A stretch of DNA of 64,000 nucleotides from an uncultured delta proteobacterium. GTDB lineage: Bacteria; Desulfobacterota; Binatia; UBA9968. Below the pieces are notes generated by a model. That model ran no database searches and had not been told where the DNA came from. It saw only the letters and a program-made list of their open reading frames with translations. Of this stretch, positions 42,383-52,551 are shown piece by piece (the first letter of the stretch is position 1; every line of letters begins with the position of its first letter). The position numbers and the translations under genes are program-made. The stretch is from contig CAWDPO010000003.1 of the NCBI GenBank assembly GCA_963804165.1, forward strand, positions 1-64,000, read 5' to 3'.

Positions 42383-43753
42383 ATGTCTGAAGAAACTTTC
42401 AGCGAGAAGCTGGCCGGCTACCTTTCGCCACTTCGTTTCGACCAAATTCCCGCCGACGTCGTTGCCGCCGCTAGACTTCATATTCTCGATTCGCTCGGTT
42501 GTTTGCTAGCTGGTTCGCGTCTTGAAGCGGGCAAGTTGGCTTATGATCTGGCTGTAGCGACGAGCGGCGCGGCGGCCAATTCAACTTCAACCCTCTTTGG
42601 AACCGTGCGGCGAGTATCTTATCTGGATGCCGTACAGGCGATGGCCGTTGCGGCTCACTGCGGCGAGATGGATGATATTCACTCGGGTGCGGGAACTTGT
42701 GTCGGCGCGATGATCGTGCCCACGCTCATCGCGATGGCAGAGAATCATGGCGGAACTGGGAAAAGATTTATCGAGGCCGCCGTGAGCGGCTACGAAACCA
42801 TGATCCGAGTCGGACTGAGCATCGACGCGCCGAAATTGTTCGCGCGCGGCTGGTGGCCGAGCACGATCTGCGGCGCGTTCGGCGTCGCCGCCGCCGGCGC
42901 CAAGTTTTTGAATTGGACTACTGACAAAATGGCCAATGCCCTCGGTATCGCCGCGCTTCATAGCGGCGGGATGATCACGGGCGGCGGCGAAGGCGCGACG
43001 GCGCGCCACTTGGCTTTTGGGCATGCTGCTCAAAACGGTATTCATTCATTGTTGGCGGCACAGCAGGGATTCAGCGGACCGAAGCGCGCGTTCGAAGACC
43101 CGCGCGGTTTCTGCCTGACGCTCTGTGCTGCGCCGAAATGGGAAAACTTGCACGCCTTCGATTCGTTTCATCTGCCTGAGACAGCGTTCAAACCCTATCC
43201 CTGCGCCCGCCAATTGCACGCGGGTGTCGAAGCGCTGTTGAAGATCACCGGCCAGTATTCGCCGATGCCAGCAAAGATTGAGCAGATTGAATTGTTCCTG
43301 CCAACGCAGAACGCCGCCATGATGAATCGTCCGTCGATTACCTCGAGCCACGCAGCGACGGTGGGCAGCGGTCAGTACGTAATGGCGGTGACCACGCTGC
43401 GCGGTAAAATTGACTTGTTGTCATTCGAGGAAGAATATCTGAGCAGCGCTCAAGTGCGGACTCTGATGGCGAAAGTCGAAGTGAACGCAAGCACGGATCT
43501 CGATCGCCATTATCCAAAGTATTGGCCCGGACGGGTCACGTTGAGACTCATCGGCGGTGAAACCTATTCCGAGGAAGTAATTATCCCGAAAGGCGAGAGC
43601 GGGAATCCGATGACGCAGAGTGAAGTGGAGCAGAAGTTTTTGTCGCTGGCTGCGCCAGTGGTGGGGGATGAGAAAGCGCGGACCGTGGTCAACGAGGTTT
43701 ATTCGCTCGGTTTGAGAGACTCGTTGGGGCCACTGCTCGCGACGCTCAAGTGA
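42383..43753 (+). CDS. MmgE/PrpD family protein
   Basis: ILDSLGCLLAG, EMDDIH, FKPYPCARQLH and PKG...NPMT. Confidence 0.9.
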   Translation: MSEETFSEKLAGYLSPLRFDQIPADVVAAARLHILDSLGCLLAGSRLEAGKLAYDLAVATSGAAANSTSTLFGTVRRVSYLDAVQAMAVAAHCGEMDDIHSGAGTCVGAMIVPTLIAMAENHGGTGKRFIEAAVSGYETMIRVGLSIDAPKLFARGWWPSTICGAFGVAAAGAKFLNWTTDKMANALGIAALHSGGMITGGGEGATARHLAFGHAAQNGIHSLLAAQQGFSGPKRAFEDPRGFCLTLCAAPKWENLHAFDSFHLPETAFKPYPCARQLHAGVEALLKITGQYSPMPAKIEQIELFLPTQNAAMMNRPSITSSHAATVGSGQYVMAVTTLRGKIDLLSFEEEYLSSAQVRTLMAKVEVNASTDLDRHYPKYWPGRVTLRLIGGETYSEEVIIPKGESGNPMTQSEVEQKFLSLAAPVVGDEKARTVVNEVYSLGLRDSLGPLLATLK

Positions 43754-43782
43754 TATGGTTACAATCCCTGGCAGGTCCAAAT

Positions 43783-43868
43783 TCCTTCTCCCTCTGGGAG
43801 AAGGTCAGGATGAGGGCGTCTTAAGGTTTTACCCTCACCCTTCCCTCTCCCACTTCGTGGGCGAGGGT
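43783..43868. repeat. REP-like palindrome CCTTCTCCCTCTGGGAGAAGGTCAGGATGAGGG...CCCTCACCC
   Basis: Same family as 40050-40152. Confidence 0.7.
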
Positions 43869-43962
43869 AAATATCTGGCACGATTGAACGCTCAGAGACT
43901 CGTGAGATATAAGTGACGAATTAGCCAATTGATGAATTTCCTTTTAGGTTGGAGGTCCCAAT

Positions 43963-44745
43963 ATGACCGCAGATTCAACTCCCGGTTACGATCTTCTCTA
44001 CGACATCATTCGCCGCCGCGCCAGTGTGCGAAAACTGAAACCGGACCCTATTCCCGAGGAATATATCCAGAAGATTCTCGAAGCGGGCCGCTGGGCGATG
44101 TCGGGTGCCAACTCGCAACCGTGGGAATATATCGTCGTCAAAGATCCGAAAGTGAAAAAGGATCTCTTTCGCTGCTACTCGGAAGACAACACGGATTTCA
44201 TCTATTGGATGGAGCAACAGCGCGTGTTCGAGTTGCGCCATCCGGCGTATCAAATGACAGCGGACGAGGCGGTCGAGCGACAGCGGCGCGGCGCGGGCTG
44301 GTCGGAAGCGCCGGCGCTGATCGTCGTCGTCGGCGACGGGCGGCGTCAGTGGGGCACGGTGCAAGGCGCGCACACGTTCGGTCGCGATCAGTCGCACCTC
44401 ACCGACGGTTTGGCGAATACCTGCACGTTTATGCATCTAGCGGCGGTCTCGCTGGGGCTGGCGACGCAATGGGTGACGATCCACGTTCAGGAGCCGTTCA
44501 AGAAAGTACTCGGCGTACCGGATCTGATGATGCTGTATCTGATCATTCCCATCGGCTATCCTGCGGTGCAACCGTCGGAAGGTGTGCGCCGGCCGCTCGA
44601 AGAAATCGTCCACCACGATCATTACGAACAAGAGAAATTCATGAGCAACGAGCGCGTGATTCAATTCCTCTACGAGCTGCGCGGCAAGACTTTGCAGACG
44701 TATCGGCAGTCTTATGTGGGGAAGGAAGAGCCGAAGAAGACGTAA
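43963..44745 (+). CDS. Nitroreductase family protein (copy 2)
   Basis: Close paralogue of 34717-35502; shares GAHTFGRDQSHLTDGLAN. Confidence 0.9.
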   Translation: MTADSTPGYDLLYDIIRRRASVRKLKPDPIPEEYIQKILEAGRWAMSGANSQPWEYIVVKDPKVKKDLFRCYSEDNTDFIYWMEQQRVFELRHPAYQMTADEAVERQRRGAGWSEAPALIVVVGDGRRQWGTVQGAHTFGRDQSHLTDGLANTCTFMHLAAVSLGLATQWVTIHVQEPFKKVLGVPDLMMLYLIIPIGYPAVQPSEGVRRPLEEIVHHDHYEQEKFMSNERVIQFLYELRGKTLQTYRQSYVGKEEPKKT

Positions 44746-44772
44746 GGCGTCAGGCGATAGTCGGAAGGTAGG

Positions 44773-44886
44773 CGTTCAAGTCGTTCAAATCGTTCAAGCA
44801 GTTCAAATCGTCAAAGAGACTCCTCGGCCCCCGTTAGACGGCTTGAACGGAGCGCAGCGATTGAACGTTTTGAACGGCTTGAACGC
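44773..44886. repeat. Palindrome built from ~9-bp units (CGTTCAAGT / TTGAACGGC)
   Basis: Tandem GTTCAA units face tandem TTGAAC units. Confidence 0.75.
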
Positions 44887-44900
44887 CCGTAAATAAACCT

Positions 44901-46583
44901 ATGTCCGTAGACCCAATCACTGTAGAAATCATTCGCTGCGCGCTGAAGGCTGCCGCTAACGAGATGTCGGTGGTGCTCAAGCGCACGGCGTATAACATGA
45001 TGATTTACGAAGTGCAGGACTACTGCGTCAGCATCGTCGATCATGAAGGCCGGACGATGTCGCAGAACGAAGGCGCGTTGCCGATTTTTCTCGCCGATCT
45101 TGGCGTCGCCGTGCAGGATGGCGTGGAAGTCTACGGCTTGGACAATATTCGTCCCGGCGACGTGTTTCTGGTCAACCATCCGGAGATCTGCGGCCAGCAT
45201 CTCAACAATATGGTCGTCTATACGCCGTTTTTCTGGGACGGCAAGCTGCTTGGCTTTCTCGCAGTGCGGGCGCATTGGATCGACGTCGGCGGCGGCAGCA
45301 CCGGTTTCGGTTCGAGCAACACCCGCGACGTTTACGAAGAAGGATTGCAGGTGCGCTCGGTGAAGATTTACAACGAGGGCCGGCCGAACACTGAAGTGTT
45401 GCGTCTCATCGAGGACAACATTCGCTTTCCCGAATCTTCGTTCGGCGATCTGCGCGCGCAGATCGCTTGTTGCCGCACCGGCGAAGAGCGGCTCAATCAG
45501 ATTTGTCGCAAGTACGGCGGTGGAGTTTTTATCGAGGCCGTCGAGACAATTTGGGATCACACGGACAAGCTCGTGCGCGAATCGGTGCGCACGATCCCTG
45601 ACGGCGATTACGAAGCCTCGTCCTTCCTCGACGACGACGGCAGAGTGATGAACAAGACGATTCCCATTAAAGTGAAGATCACCGTGCGCGGCGACGAGCT
45701 GACCGTCGATTTTTCCGATGTCGCCGATCAAGTGCCGGGCTTCATCAACTGCGGCTCGTCCGGCGGCATGGCGGCGGCACGGGTCGCGTTCAAGGCGTTG
45801 ACATCGCCGCACCGCGAAGTCAACGAAGGCTCGTTTCGCGCGCTAAAGGTTATTCTTCCGCCGGGCAAATTATTGAGTGCGCGCCGTCCCGCGCCCATCG
45901 GCGGCTGGAGCCTGTCGCTGCCGACGGTGCTCGACACGATCTTGCGCGCGTTGGCGCCGGCGCTGCCGGAGCATATTCCCGCGGCCCACAAAGGCGATAT
46001 GGGCGGCTACGCGATTTTCGGCATGAATCCCAAAACCGGACGGCGCTACGTCTGCCAGAATATTATTGGCGGCGGTTGGGGCGGGCGGCCGTTCGAGGAC
46101 GGCGTTTCCGCCGCTGTGTCGATGTGCCAGGGCGACGTAAAAAATACGCCGATCGAATTGCAAGAACTCTATTATCCGCTCATATACGAATGCCATGCTT
46201 TCAGGCCCGACAGCGGCGGCTCCGGCAAATATCGCGGCGGCATCGGCGTCGAAGTTAAAGTAAAGCCTCTCACGGATTTTTATCTGAGCCGCAACACGGA
46301 TCGAATCAAATGCCCGCCGTGGGGTTTACTCGGCGGAGGCCAGGGAGCTGTGAACGAAACCATCATTCAGCGCAACGGCTCAGAGGAGAAGCTGCCGGGG
46401 AAATTCAGCCATTTGCTCGTGCACCCGGGTGAAACGGTGATTTTTCTCACCGCAGGAGGCGGCGGCTATGGCGAGCCGACCGAGCGCGATGCCGAGGCGG
46501 TAAAGCAAGACGTTGAACTCGGTTACGTTTCCGCAGCGCAAGCCAAGCAACAGTACTCGAAGGGCACTTCGAGTCGATTGTGA
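44901..46583 (+). CDS. Hydantoinase B / oxoprolinase family protein (copy 2)
   Basis: NHPEICGQHLNN, HWIDVGG, HKGDMGGYA and AGGGGYG. Confidence 0.92.
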   Translation: MSVDPITVEIIRCALKAAANEMSVVLKRTAYNMMIYEVQDYCVSIVDHEGRTMSQNEGALPIFLADLGVAVQDGVEVYGLDNIRPGDVFLVNHPEICGQHLNNMVVYTPFFWDGKLLGFLAVRAHWIDVGGGSTGFGSSNTRDVYEEGLQVRSVKIYNEGRPNTEVLRLIEDNIRFPESSFGDLRAQIACCRTGEERLNQICRKYGGGVFIEAVETIWDHTDKLVRESVRTIPDGDYEASSFLDDDGRVMNKTIPIKVKITVRGDELTVDFSDVADQVPGFINCGSSGGMAAARVAFKALTSPHREVNEGSFRALKVILPPGKLLSARRPAPIGGWSLSLPTVLDTILRALAPALPEHIPAAHKGDMGGYAIFGMNPKTGRRYVCQNIIGGGWGGRPFEDGVSAAVSMCQGDVKNTPIELQELYYPLIYECHAFRPDSGGSGKYRGGIGVEVKVKPLTDFYLSRNTDRIKCPPWGLLGGGQGAVNETIIQRNGSEEKLPGKFSHLLVHPGETVIFLTAGGGGYGEPTERDAEAVKQDVELGYVSAAQAKQQYSKGTSSRL

Positions 46584-46649
46584 ATCGCCTCCAGGGCGGG
46601 TCTGATCCTCGGATTGGCGCACCTCACGCAACCTGCGTCGTCAAGAGAT

Positions 46650-48170
46650 CTACGAAGAGCTTGCAACACCTGCGTTTTTCATTCGCCCGATCACGCTGTG
46701 ATGCCATCCGTAGGCGAAATAGACCGCGAATCCCACAAGTAGCCAAACGATGAGCCGCAGCCAATTCTCCACGGGCAGAGAGAACATCAACAAGGAGCAG
46801 GAAGCGATTCCGAGCAGCGGGATCAGCGGCACGAGAGGACAACGGAAGGGCCGAGGCAAGTCCGGATCGGATCGGCGCATGATCAGCACGGAGGCGCAGA
46901 CGATCACGAACGCCAGCAGTGTTCCGATATTCACCAGCTCAGCGAGGATGCGGAGCGGTAACAGCGCGCCCATCAGTCCGACGACGCTGCCGGTCAATAG
47001 GGTTGACTTCCACGGCGTGCGAAAGCGTGGGTGCACTGAACCAAAAAAACTCGTCGGCAGAAGGCCGTCGCGCGCCATCACCAGCATGATGCGCGGCTGG
47101 CTCAGCAGGAGCACCATTAAAACCGAAGTGATGCCGGTCAAAGCGCCAAGCGAAATCAGCGCATGAGCCCAGGGTAGACCGACGTGGCTGAAGGCTTTGG
47201 CGATAGGGGCGTCGATATCGATTTGCTGATAGGGCACCATGCCGGTCACGACCGCAGCGACGGCGATGTAGAGGATCGTGCAAAGCATGAGCGATCCGAT
47301 GATGCCGATGGGGACGTCGCGGCTCGGATGGCGTGCTTCTTCCGCGTGAGTCGACACCGAATCGAAGCCGATGTAGGCGTAAAACACGATGGCGGCTCCG
47401 GCCATCATGCCAAGCGGCTCGCCGCCAGCGCCATGTTGTCCCATGACCGTGCTGCCAAATAAGCTGATGCCGGTGTACCCATAGGGAGCGAAAGGCTGCC
47501 AATTGCGTGGATCGACGTAAAACACGCCGATGGCGATAATCAACAGCACCACGGCGAGCTTGATCAGGACCATGAAAAAGTTAAACGCGGCGCTCTGGCG
47601 AATACCAGTGATCAGAATGACGGTGAGCAAAGCCGTAATCAGCAGCGCAGGCATGTCGACGACGGCGCCGGTGGAGATAAATGCTCCGGTGGCAGGATTG
47701 AAATCGAAAGGCGCGTTGGTAAGAGCCGCCGGGAGTTTGATGCCGAGTAGACGGAGAAAGTCCACGAAATAGTGTGACCAGCCGTGGGCGACGCTCGCCG
47801 CTCCCACGCCGTACTCGAGTAGCAAGTCCCAGCCGATAATCCAAGCGAACAGTTCGCCCAGAGTCGCGTAGGCGTAGGTGTACGCGGATCCCGCTACCGG
47901 CACCATCGAGGCGAATTCAGCATAGCAGAGAGCGGCGAAGGCGCAGGCGGAGCCGGCGATGACAAACGACAGCATGGTCGCCGGGCCGGCTTTGTCTTTG
48001 GCGACGACACCGATGATGACGAAAATTCCAGCCCCGATGATCGCGCCGACTCCAAGGCTCGTCAGCTGGAGCGGTCCGAGCACAGGCCGCAGACGATCCC
48101 CGCCACCGGCTTCCTTCAGCAACAGACTGGTCGGCTTTTTTGCTAGCGATGAAGTATGCCTGGCTGTCAT
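46650..48170 (-). CDS. APC-family amino acid permease
   Basis: GVGAIIGAGIF, CYAEFASMVPVAGSAYTY and AYIGFD; multiple transmembrane segments. Confidence 0.93.
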   Translation of the reverse strand: MTARHTSSLAKKPTSLLLKEAGGGDRLRPVLGPLQLTSLGVGAIIGAGIFVIIGVVAKDKAGPATMLSFVIAGSACAFAALCYAEFASMVPVAGSAYTYAYATLGELFAWIIGWDLLLEYGVGAASVAHGWSHYFVDFLRLLGIKLPAALTNAPFDFNPATGAFISTGAVVDMPALLITALLTVILITGIRQSAAFNFFMVLIKLAVVLLIIAIGVFYVDPRNWQPFAPYGYTGISLFGSTVMGQHGAGGEPLGMMAGAAIVFYAYIGFDSVSTHAEEARHPSRDVPIGIIGSLMLCTILYIAVAAVVTGMVPYQQIDIDAPIAKAFSHVGLPWAHALISLGALTGITSVLMVLLLSQPRIMLVMARDGLLPTSFFGSVHPRFRTPWKSTLLTGSVVGLMGALLPLRILAELVNIGTLLAFVIVCASVLIMRRSDPDLPRPFRCPLVPLIPLLGIASCSLLMFSLPVENWLRLIVWLLVGFAVYFAYGWHHSVIGRMKNAGVASSS

Positions 48171-48331
48171 GCATCAGGCAGATACAGTGCGCGCGAGGGC
48201 AATGCAAGATTCATTGGATGACCAGGCGGTGAGATTTTTTAAAGGCGTCACATTGTCGACGATGGTTGCGAAACCATCCGGATTCCCGCTTGAAGCCTGC
48301 GATGATGACGGGCTAAGGAGAATCGCCGCGC

Positions 48332-48360
48332 TTGACGCTGCGGGTTCATCCTTCTACTAT
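48332..48360 (+). promoter_or_regulatory. Putative sigma70 promoter TTGACG-N17-TACTAT
   Basis: Consensus-like hexamers with a 17-bp spacer, about 80 bp upstream of the SBP start. Confidence 0.5.
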
Positions 48361-48441
48361 CCGGGCAATTTCGCTGTGAAGGTCGGGCTGATTCTCATTT
48401 AGTCATTGACGATCCGTTTTGGGCGAGATCAGAGGAAACAT

Positions 48442-49410
48442 ATGCAAGCTTCGCTGAAAACAATTCTCACGCTAACAGTCGTTTGGTTCCTCATTCAGAC
48501 CGGCGCGACGCAGGCCCGCGAAGCGGTCATCGGCTACTCCGGTCGAACCATCGCCGAGATGCCCTTCGCGTGGGCCAGTCGAAAAGGATTTTTCAAGGAA
48601 GCGAACCTCGACGTGAAGATGATCTACATGTCCACCAGCATCGCCGCCAAAGGACTGATGAGCGGCGACGTCGATTATTCCACCGCCATGGGCGGCACGC
48701 TGCGCGCCGCGATCGCCGGCGCGCCGCTGATCGGCATCTACTCGATGTTTAAAGCGCAGATGTATCTGGTCGCGCAACCGCGCTTCAAACAGGTGACCGA
48801 CTTGAAAGGAAAAACCGTCGGCATCAGCGTCTTCGGCGGCGCCTACGATCTGGTCGCCCGGACGATTCTCAAACACCATGGACTCGATCCGGAGAAGCAG
48901 GTGACCCTCTTGCAGATCGGCGACAGCCGCACGCTCTATAGCGCGCTGGCGGCGGGCACTATTGACAGCGCCATCCTCGGTCCGCCCTACGACATCAAAG
49001 CCGAGCTGGAGGGCAACAATCGTTTGTTCGACTCATCGGAGATCTTCGACATGCCGTTCTCCGGCCTGGCGACGAGCAAGAAGAAACTGCAGCAAGACCG
49101 CGCCGAGGTGAAGGCGATCGTGCGCGGCCTGGAGCGCATCCGCCGCCACATCGCGGCGAACCGCACCGAAGCGGAAGCGTTCGTCAAGCAATTTTTGAAT
49201 CTGAACGACAAGGAAGCGCGCCTGTCGGTGGCGCAGATGGTGAAATCCTTTCGCGACACCGGCCGCACGACGGACGAAGCGGTGGTGGATTTCATCGAGA
49301 CGACGCTGCGCAGCACGAAGCAGAAAGTCGGCAACATCAAGCCCAATGACATCGTCGACTGGAGCGTGACGACCGAAGTGGTTCGAGAGCTGGATAGAGA
49401 AAAAAAATAA
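48442..49410 (+). CDS. ABC transporter substrate-binding protein (NitT/TauT-like)
   Basis: Signal peptide, KGFFKEANLDV and DLKGKTVGIS. Confidence 0.87.
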   Translation: MQASLKTILTLTVVWFLIQTGATQAREAVIGYSGRTIAEMPFAWASRKGFFKEANLDVKMIYMSTSIAAKGLMSGDVDYSTAMGGTLRAAIAGAPLIGIYSMFKAQMYLVAQPRFKQVTDLKGKTVGISVFGGAYDLVARTILKHHGLDPEKQVTLLQIGDSRTLYSALAAGTIDSAILGPPYDIKAELEGNNRLFDSSEIFDMPFSGLATSKKKLQQDRAEVKAIVRGLERIRRHIAANRTEAEAFVKQFLNLNDKEARLSVAQMVKSFRDTGRTTDEAVVDFIETTLRSTKQKVGNIKPNDIVDWSVTTEVVRELDREKK

Positions 49411-49473
49411 TCGATATCTCACCACGAAGGGTACACCTCCACCTTCGTCCTTCGCGACGAGCCTGTGTTCCAG

Positions 49474-49556
49474 TGTCATCCTGAGGCGCTAGCCGAAGGA
49501 TCTCGCCTTCATAGGTGGAAGAAATGCGAGATTCTTCGCTGACGCTCAGAATGACA
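49474..49556. repeat. REP-like palindrome TGTCATCCTGAG...CTCAGAATGACA
   Basis: Same family as 37436-37514. Confidence 0.78.
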
Positions 49557-49698
49557 TCAACGCGACGTTCGCGATTGCGAACACTTCGGAGGGAAAACGG
49601 GTCGGGAGATTCAACCACAACGTAGACAGGTGACAAAATGAATTGCTTTCCTCCGATGACGAGGGGGAAAGAGGGAAGTTGATCCCTTGGAGGACTTT

Positions 49699-50595
49699 AT
49701 GAATGGGATGCACCTGACGGTTATTGGCCTCGCCGCTGCGGCGCTCCTGGGCTTGCACGGAGACGCGGGATCGTTGTTCCTGGTTATGGCATCCGCGGCA
49801 CAAACTGCTAGCCCGCGGTTCGCGGGATACGCGGATCTGCCGGGCGTGCGCCTCTGGTACACGGACAGCGGCGGCAGCGGCGTGCCGCTCGTACTGCTCC
49901 ACGCCAACACCGGCACTGCCGACAGCTGGCAGCACAATATTCCGGGCTTGGTCGAGGCGGGATATCGAGTTATCGCTTTCGATCGGCGCGGATGGGGCCG
50001 CAGCACTGCGAATCCGGACAGCGGTCCTCAGCCCGGCACCATCGCGGAAGATCTGCAAGCTCTGGCGGAATATCTGAAAATCGACCGATTTCATCTCGTC
50101 GGCGTGGCGGGCGGCGGCTTCGCGGCGTACGACTACGTTCTCTGGCATCCGGAGCGGCTGCGCAGTCTGGTCGTCGCCGCCAGCGGCGGCGCCATCACCG
50201 ACGAAGAAATGCGCAAGCTGCGCCAGAAGACGGCGCTTCCCGGGTTTGCGAGCTGGCCGCCGGAGTTTCGCGAAGTGAGCATGGGCTACATGGCGACCAA
50301 CCCCGAGGGTCTGCAACGCTGGCTGGAGATTCACCACAACTCGCGGCAGGAGGGCGCGCCGGCGCAGGGCCAACACACGACGATCACCTACGAGAAGCTC
50401 TCGACGATTCGCGTGCCGACGCTTTTGATGCCCGGAGATCAGGACCTGCAGACGCCGCCCTGGGTCATGCGCCGCCAGCTCGCCAATATTCCCGGCGCCC
50501 AGTTCATCGTGCTGCCCGAGGCCGCTCACTCGATCAACTGGGAGCAGCCCGAGGCCTTCAACCGCAACGTCATCGAGTTCATCCACAAGCATTAG
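49699..50595 (+). CDS. Alpha/beta hydrolase-fold protein
   Basis: LVLLHA, FDRRGWGRS and AAHSINWEQPEAFN; nucleophile elbow reads GVAGG. Confidence 0.85.
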   Translation: MNGMHLTVIGLAAAALLGLHGDAGSLFLVMASAAQTASPRFAGYADLPGVRLWYTDSGGSGVPLVLLHANTGTADSWQHNIPGLVEAGYRVIAFDRRGWGRSTANPDSGPQPGTIAEDLQALAEYLKIDRFHLVGVAGGGFAAYDYVLWHPERLRSLVVAASGGAITDEEMRKLRQKTALPGFASWPPEFREVSMGYMATNPEGLQRWLEIHHNSRQEGAPAQGQHTTITYEKLSTIRVPTLLMPGDQDLQTPPWVMRRQLANIPGAQFIVLPEAAHSINWEQPEAFNRNVIEFIHKH

Positions 50596-50640
50596 CCGCT
50601 GACCTGACCCGTGGCGCATGACACGGGGAAGTCACACAGC

Positions 50641-51696
50641 CTACGGGAGCGGCAAGGCGTCCGCGCCGGAGAGCTTGTTAAACAGTTCGACAACTTCTGG
50701 GTCGCGCGGTAAGTCGCGAACTGCTTTCTCGAGTTCTTCCGGCGGCAACGGCGTGGGCTCCTCGCCGACAAGCTTTTTAAATTCCGCGTAGAATTCAGGG
50801 TCGGCAAAAGTCTTGCGCATGGCTTCCCGCAGGATCCGGACCCTATCGGGGGGCGTTCCCGGAGGAAGGATGAAAGGAGTTCCCGCGCTGACAAAGGCCC
50901 TTTGCATGGCAAGAAGTTTTCGGTCCTTCTCCGATTTCGTAAACCGTTCGATATCGGGCAGCTTGGCGAAGATCGCATGCGGGTGTCTTCGCCCCTTTGG
51001 AACTTCGTTGACGACATGAAAATCCATCAGTTTCTTCTCGATCCAGTCAGGCGCTTCTCGTACCAGAGTGGCCTGGATGGTCCACCTGGCATCGAGCTCG
51101 CCTTGCATTAACGCGACATTGACTTCGTTACCTTGGGCGAATCCGGTAACGAACCTTGGCTCTTTCATGCCGATCATATACGCGAGGATTCGGCCGATGT
51201 TATAGAGGTTATGCCCCACAGACTGAGCGCCGATACGCACGCCCGAGGCGCTGCGAAGCTTCTCCATGCTATCCAGGCGTGCCTCCTTACGGCTCAAAAA
51301 AATGTAAGGTTCGCCGCTGGTCGGAGATCCAAGATAGTTTAGTTTGTCGATGTCATAGAGAACCCCGGTCGAGCCAAGCACTGCCGCCGGCACAAAGCTC
51401 GAGAGCATAACGCCCAGGGTCAGCCCGTCCGGTCGAGCCCTGTAGATATAGTTTCCAGCCTTTCGCGATCCACCGCCCGGCATGTACTCGATGATGAAGG
51501 TCGGTCTTCCCGGTATGTGTTTCCGGAGTACAGCAGCCGTCGCTCTGAAGCGCAAATCCACCGTGCCTCCAGGTCCGCCCCCGTAGACAACATTGATGGT
51601 CTTGCCTTGATAGAAGTTAGACTGAGAGAATCCGTGTCCGGGAAGCCCGAAGCCCAACAGCATGGCCAAGATGATCCTGACAACCAGTTTTTTCAC
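50641..51696 (-). CDS. Tripartite tricarboxylate transporter (Bug/TctC-like) substrate-binding protein
   Basis: FYQGKTINVV, PGGTVD, YMPGGGS, PDGLTL and PPGTPPDRVRILREA. Confidence 0.87.
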   Translation of the reverse strand: MKKLVVRIILAMLLGFGLPGHGFSQSNFYQGKTINVVYGGGPGGTVDLRFRATAAVLRKHIPGRPTFIIEYMPGGGSRKAGNYIYRARPDGLTLGVMLSSFVPAAVLGSTGVLYDIDKLNYLGSPTSGEPYIFLSRKEARLDSMEKLRSASGVRIGAQSVGHNLYNIGRILAYMIGMKEPRFVTGFAQGNEVNVALMQGELDARWTIQATLVREAPDWIEKKLMDFHVVNEVPKGRRHPHAIFAKLPDIERFTKSEKDRKLLAMQRAFVSAGTPFILPPGTPPDRVRILREAMRKTFADPEFYAEFKKLVGEEPTPLPPEELEKAVRDLPRDPEVVELFNKLSGADALPLP

Positions 51697-52306
51697 GGCA
51701 ACCTCCTGCGCGATTTCAGCGAGGATCACGACACAATCGTACGAGTGATCTCCCGGATGTCGATTTCGCCGTCACCGAAACTTGCATCGGCTAAGCGCAT
51801 CCAAAGGGAATTTTTGATTTAGTGGCTCAAGCAATGGCTCTTTGGTCTCATGAATGTCGACCGAGATGAACGATAGGAATTTGTTTTTGAGTTACAGCCG
51901 TCGACAAGGCTAGTTCTCTCCGCAATTTCCAGGGGAGAATTTCCGATAATCGGATCTTAATGTCAATCTTGGTATGTTTACTTGCCAAAACACTGAGAAC
52001 ACGTTCAGATTTCGTTGAGCGATCTTTCTTACGCACGCCCACTCCCGCGAAGCGCTGGCAAAATCTATTGATTCGTCTTCTGCCTTCGAGCGATAGTTGC
52101 GGATTTGCGCAATTGAGCAAACGTGCAATTTATTTTGGTGAGTTTGTGCCGCCGGCGAGACTCAGGGCATGCTTTTTCAAAGAGGGGTGAGAATCGTATG
52201 GAGAAATTCTCCCTTTGAATCGCTAAGGGTTCATTCCCCGCAGCTTGCTACGTGAAATGGATCGTCAATCCTAAGTCCGTCATTCCCGCATGCTTTAAGC
52301 GGGAAT

Positions 52307-52510
52307 CTAGTGTCCTGTCTCAGAAGTTCGCGACATAATTCTCGCGTCATTCCGTCGGAAAATCTCCCCTTCCCCTCTTTGGCAAAGAGGGGTGAGAATC
52401 GCACGGAGAAAATTCCCCGTTTGAAAAAGGGGGACAAAGGGGGATTTGAGTTCGACTTCAGCTGTTGCCATCGTTTGGACTTTTAAACGAACTTCCGAGA
52501 CGCATACTAG
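52307..52510. mobile_element. MITE-like element with CTAG ends and terminal inverted repeats
   Basis: Left end CTAGTGTCCTGTCTCAGAAGTTCG; right end (reverse complement) CTAGTATGCGTCTCGGAAGTTCG; internal palindromes; second copy from 63207. Confidence 0.75.
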
Positions 52511-52551
52511 CTTAAGCCGCCAGCCATGAGGGCCGGTAAGCATCGAGCCTC

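Noticed and set aside
39240-50619. Long antisense ORFs (e.g. 40880-41965, 44811-45812, 49546-50619)
   Set aside because: GC-rich shadow frames opposite well-supported genes; no motifs.
51730-52160. Possible small gene or ncRNA in the AT-richer gap
   Set aside because: Only short ORFs without motifs or an RBS, and no convincing structure.
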